64,000 nt of DNA from positions 62,001-126,000 of the IMG/VR virus record IMGVR_UViG_3300049855_000348, one strand, 5' to 3'. The notes under the pieces are model-generated. The model was not told the DNA's origin, searched no databases, and saw nothing but the letters and a program-made list of their open reading frames with translations. A program made the translations under genes and the position numbers. Below, one piece after another: positions 62,178 through 64,000 of the stretch. Every line of letters begins with the position of its first letter. The stretch's first letter is position 1.

Positions 62178-63998
62178 CTAGGCGGCGACTGCTTTCACGA
62201 CAGCGAAGTTGATGACGGGGGCATCGGAGGCAGTGCCTGCGATTGATGCGAACGTGATTCTGAACGATCCAGCCGCGACAGCCGACACACAGGCGATGTA
62301 AGTGTTGGTGCCAGACTTGACCGAGACAACAATCGTGTCAGTTGCTGCAACGGCTGAGTTGGTAACCGTGAAAGAAACCCAAGCATTCAGGGTCGGAGCA
62401 ACGGTGAACAGAGTGATTGCACCAGCAACGGTGTTGAGGGTAACGCCGGTGGTTCGGCTGGTGATCTGGGTAACCGCACCACCAGCACCGGTCGAGTAAC
62501 CGATACCGGCAGTGGCGTTGTTCGAGAGGACCGCACCGTTGAACTGCGAACGACCAGCCTGCACCCAGAGAGCGTAGGAGTTGGTCAGGGTTGCATTGGT
62601 ACCAGCGACAGGAGCACCAGTGATCGCAAAGGTGGCTGCGCTGGTGATGGTCGATGTACCAACGAAGGCGTAGGTTGGAGCAGCTACTACGAAGGCACGC
62701 TGAGTCGTGATGGCACCAGTCGCCCACTGCACCGTGCGATCCAACGAGAAATTTACATCATGGATTTCAGTTGAAGCAGTAAGAGAGGTATGAGCGCCAC
62801 CAAGAATAATGAATGCTTGCTGTGGCGACCCTGTTCCAGCCGGTTGTGTAATCCTGATGCTTCCATCAAACTGCGAACGACCAGCCTGCACCCAGAGAGC
62901 GTAGGAGTTGGTCAGGGTTGCATTGGTACCAGCGGCAGGAGCATTGTCGATGGCGAAGGTAGCTGCGGTAGTGATCGTTGAAGCACCGACAAATCCATAG
63001 GTCGGAGCCATGATCAGAACGCAACGTTGCGTTGTTAGAGCACCAGTGTTGAATTGTTGTGTTGCTGAAAAATTGAAAAGGACAGAGTTGTATTCCGTTG
63101 AAGCTAGAGCCCCTGTATGCGCCCCACCAATAAGTCTAAGCATTGGGGTTCCACCACCAGCGGCAGTACCTGCACTTTGTGTAATCGACCAGCCGCCAGC
63201 CCCCTGACCTGCACCACCTTGATTATGAATAGTTCCAACAATAGCACAGTTGAAGGTCCAGGCTCCAGATGTTTGAGAAGTTAGTGTTCCGCCTTTTCCA
63301 CCAACACCGTTTCCAGCGATAAGCGCATCGGTGTTGACAGTGAGTGTTCCGCCGGTGGTAACAGGACCATCAAGCTGAGTTTTTCCACTCTGCACCCAGA
63401 GAGCGTAGGGGTTGGTGATCGTTACATTGGTGCCAGCCGCAGCAGGACCTTCAATAGCAAAGGTCGCAGCCGTGGTGATAATCTGACCGGCACCAGAGCA
63501 AGCATAGGTCGGAGCCGAGATGAGCACCGCACGCTGTGTGGTCGGTGTCGTCGTCGCAAACTGAACAGTGCGGGCAAGGTTGAACCAAGCGTCGAGCAGT
63601 TCGGTCGATGCTGGAGTGAGGGTGTGGGCAGCACCGTCAAACCGAATGGCCAGCATGTTTGCCGCAGTGCCAGAAGCGATTGCTGCCGGATTTATGAAGA
63701 TCGTATCAAGATAGACCCTGCCGGCTATACCAACACCACCAGAGATGACAACAGCACCAGAGGTCTTGTTGGTGGAAGCGGTCGTGTTGGAGAACGTGTT
63801 GATACCAGAGAGGGTCTGCGTCATTCCTCTCGTGACGAAAGTATCGTTGCCGGTCACTACTGGCAGGGTGAAGGTTCTTGAAGAAGTCTGTGCTCCGGTG
63901 TCAAACGTGGTGAGCGTATTACCAGTGTGATTGTCGACCTGGAAGTTTAGTTGCTTACCAGGAGCAACGTTGCCAGCGATGACGAAGTTGGAGTCCGA
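62178..63998 (-). CDS. Tail fibre / spike-like repeat protein, 5'-truncated by window
   Basis: Frame is open to the window edge; three ~109-aa repeats (H..L.ASTE..QF.T...TQR..APTY..AAGTN.T.TN.YALWVQ.G); T/A/G-rich. Confidence 0.75.
   Translation of the reverse strand, partial: SDSNFVIAGNVAPGKQLNFQVDNHTGNTLTTFDTGAQTSSRTFTLPVVTGNDTFVTRGMTQTLSGINTFSNTTASTNKTSGAVVISGGVGIAGRVYLDTIFINPAAIASGTAANMLAIRFDGAAHTLTPASTELLDAWFNLARTVQFATTTPTTQRAVLISAPTYACSGAGQIITTAATFAIEGPAAAGTNVTITNPYALWVQSGKTQLDGPVTTGGTLTVNTDALIAGNGVGGKGGTLTSQTSGAWTFNCAIVGTIHNQGGAGQGAGGWSITQSAGTAAGGGTPMLRLIGGAHTGALASTEYNSVLFNFSATQQFNTGALTTQRCVLIMAPTYGFVGASTITTAATFAIDNAPAAGTNATLTNSYALWVQAGRSQFDGSIRITQPAGTGSPQQAFIILGGAHTSLTASTEIHDVNFSLDRTVQWATGAITTQRAFVVAAPTYAFVGTSTITSAATFAITGAPVAGTNATLTNSYALWVQAGRSQFNGAVLSNNATAGIGYSTGAGGAVTQITSRTTGVTLNTVAGAITLFTVAPTLNAWVSFTVTNSAVAATDTIVVSVKSGTNTYIACVSAVAAGSFRITFASIAGTASDAPVINFAVVKAVAA
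62542..62934. repeat. 66-bp exact direct repeat (62542-62607 and 62869-62934)
   Basis: Identical sequences 327 bp apart within the fibre repeats. Confidence 0.85.
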
Positions 63999-64000
63999 TA

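Noticed and set aside
62542-62934. Repeat pair as a diversity-generating retroelement TR/VR
   Set aside because: Both copies are in-frame within one gene and identical, with no adenine-specific variation; no reverse transcriptase is visible.
1-64000. Stop-codon reassignment
   Set aside because: Long conserved genes are intact in the standard code, and TAA, TAG and TGA all end genes at sensible positions.

Overview
A 64 kb segment of a large, GC-rich lytic myovirus (jumbo-phage-like), read in the standard genetic code. It carries T4-like tail, baseplate and neck genes (gp6-, gp7-, gp26-, gp19-, gp18-, gp15-, gp13-, gp14- and gp2-like, plus fibre-like proteins) and a late glycosylation/methylation cluster. 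It also has a MoxR-type AAA+/vWA pair, a stand-alone family A DNA polymerase domain, a DEDDh exonuclease, a 5'-nucleotidase and many small minus-strand orphan genes. Fourteen copies of a sigma70-like promoter (TTGAC-N17-TA, with GTCGC just before the -10) drive the orphan blocks, often as leaderless mRNAs. A TANNTA(G/A) motif marks structural genes. The most unusual signals: (1) a 1 kb non-coding RNA operon made of a structured leader with two SD-led minigenes and a terminator, an intact tmRNA, and an unclassified ~290-nt highly paired RNA with RNase P-like traces; (2) two arrays of neighbouring small proteins sharing short peptide tags (C-terminal GLTxxExG and IQVxDGGL); (3) a probable +1 frameshift at CCC-TAA in the gp26-like gene. 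All protein calls rest on motif recognition by eye; no searches were run.
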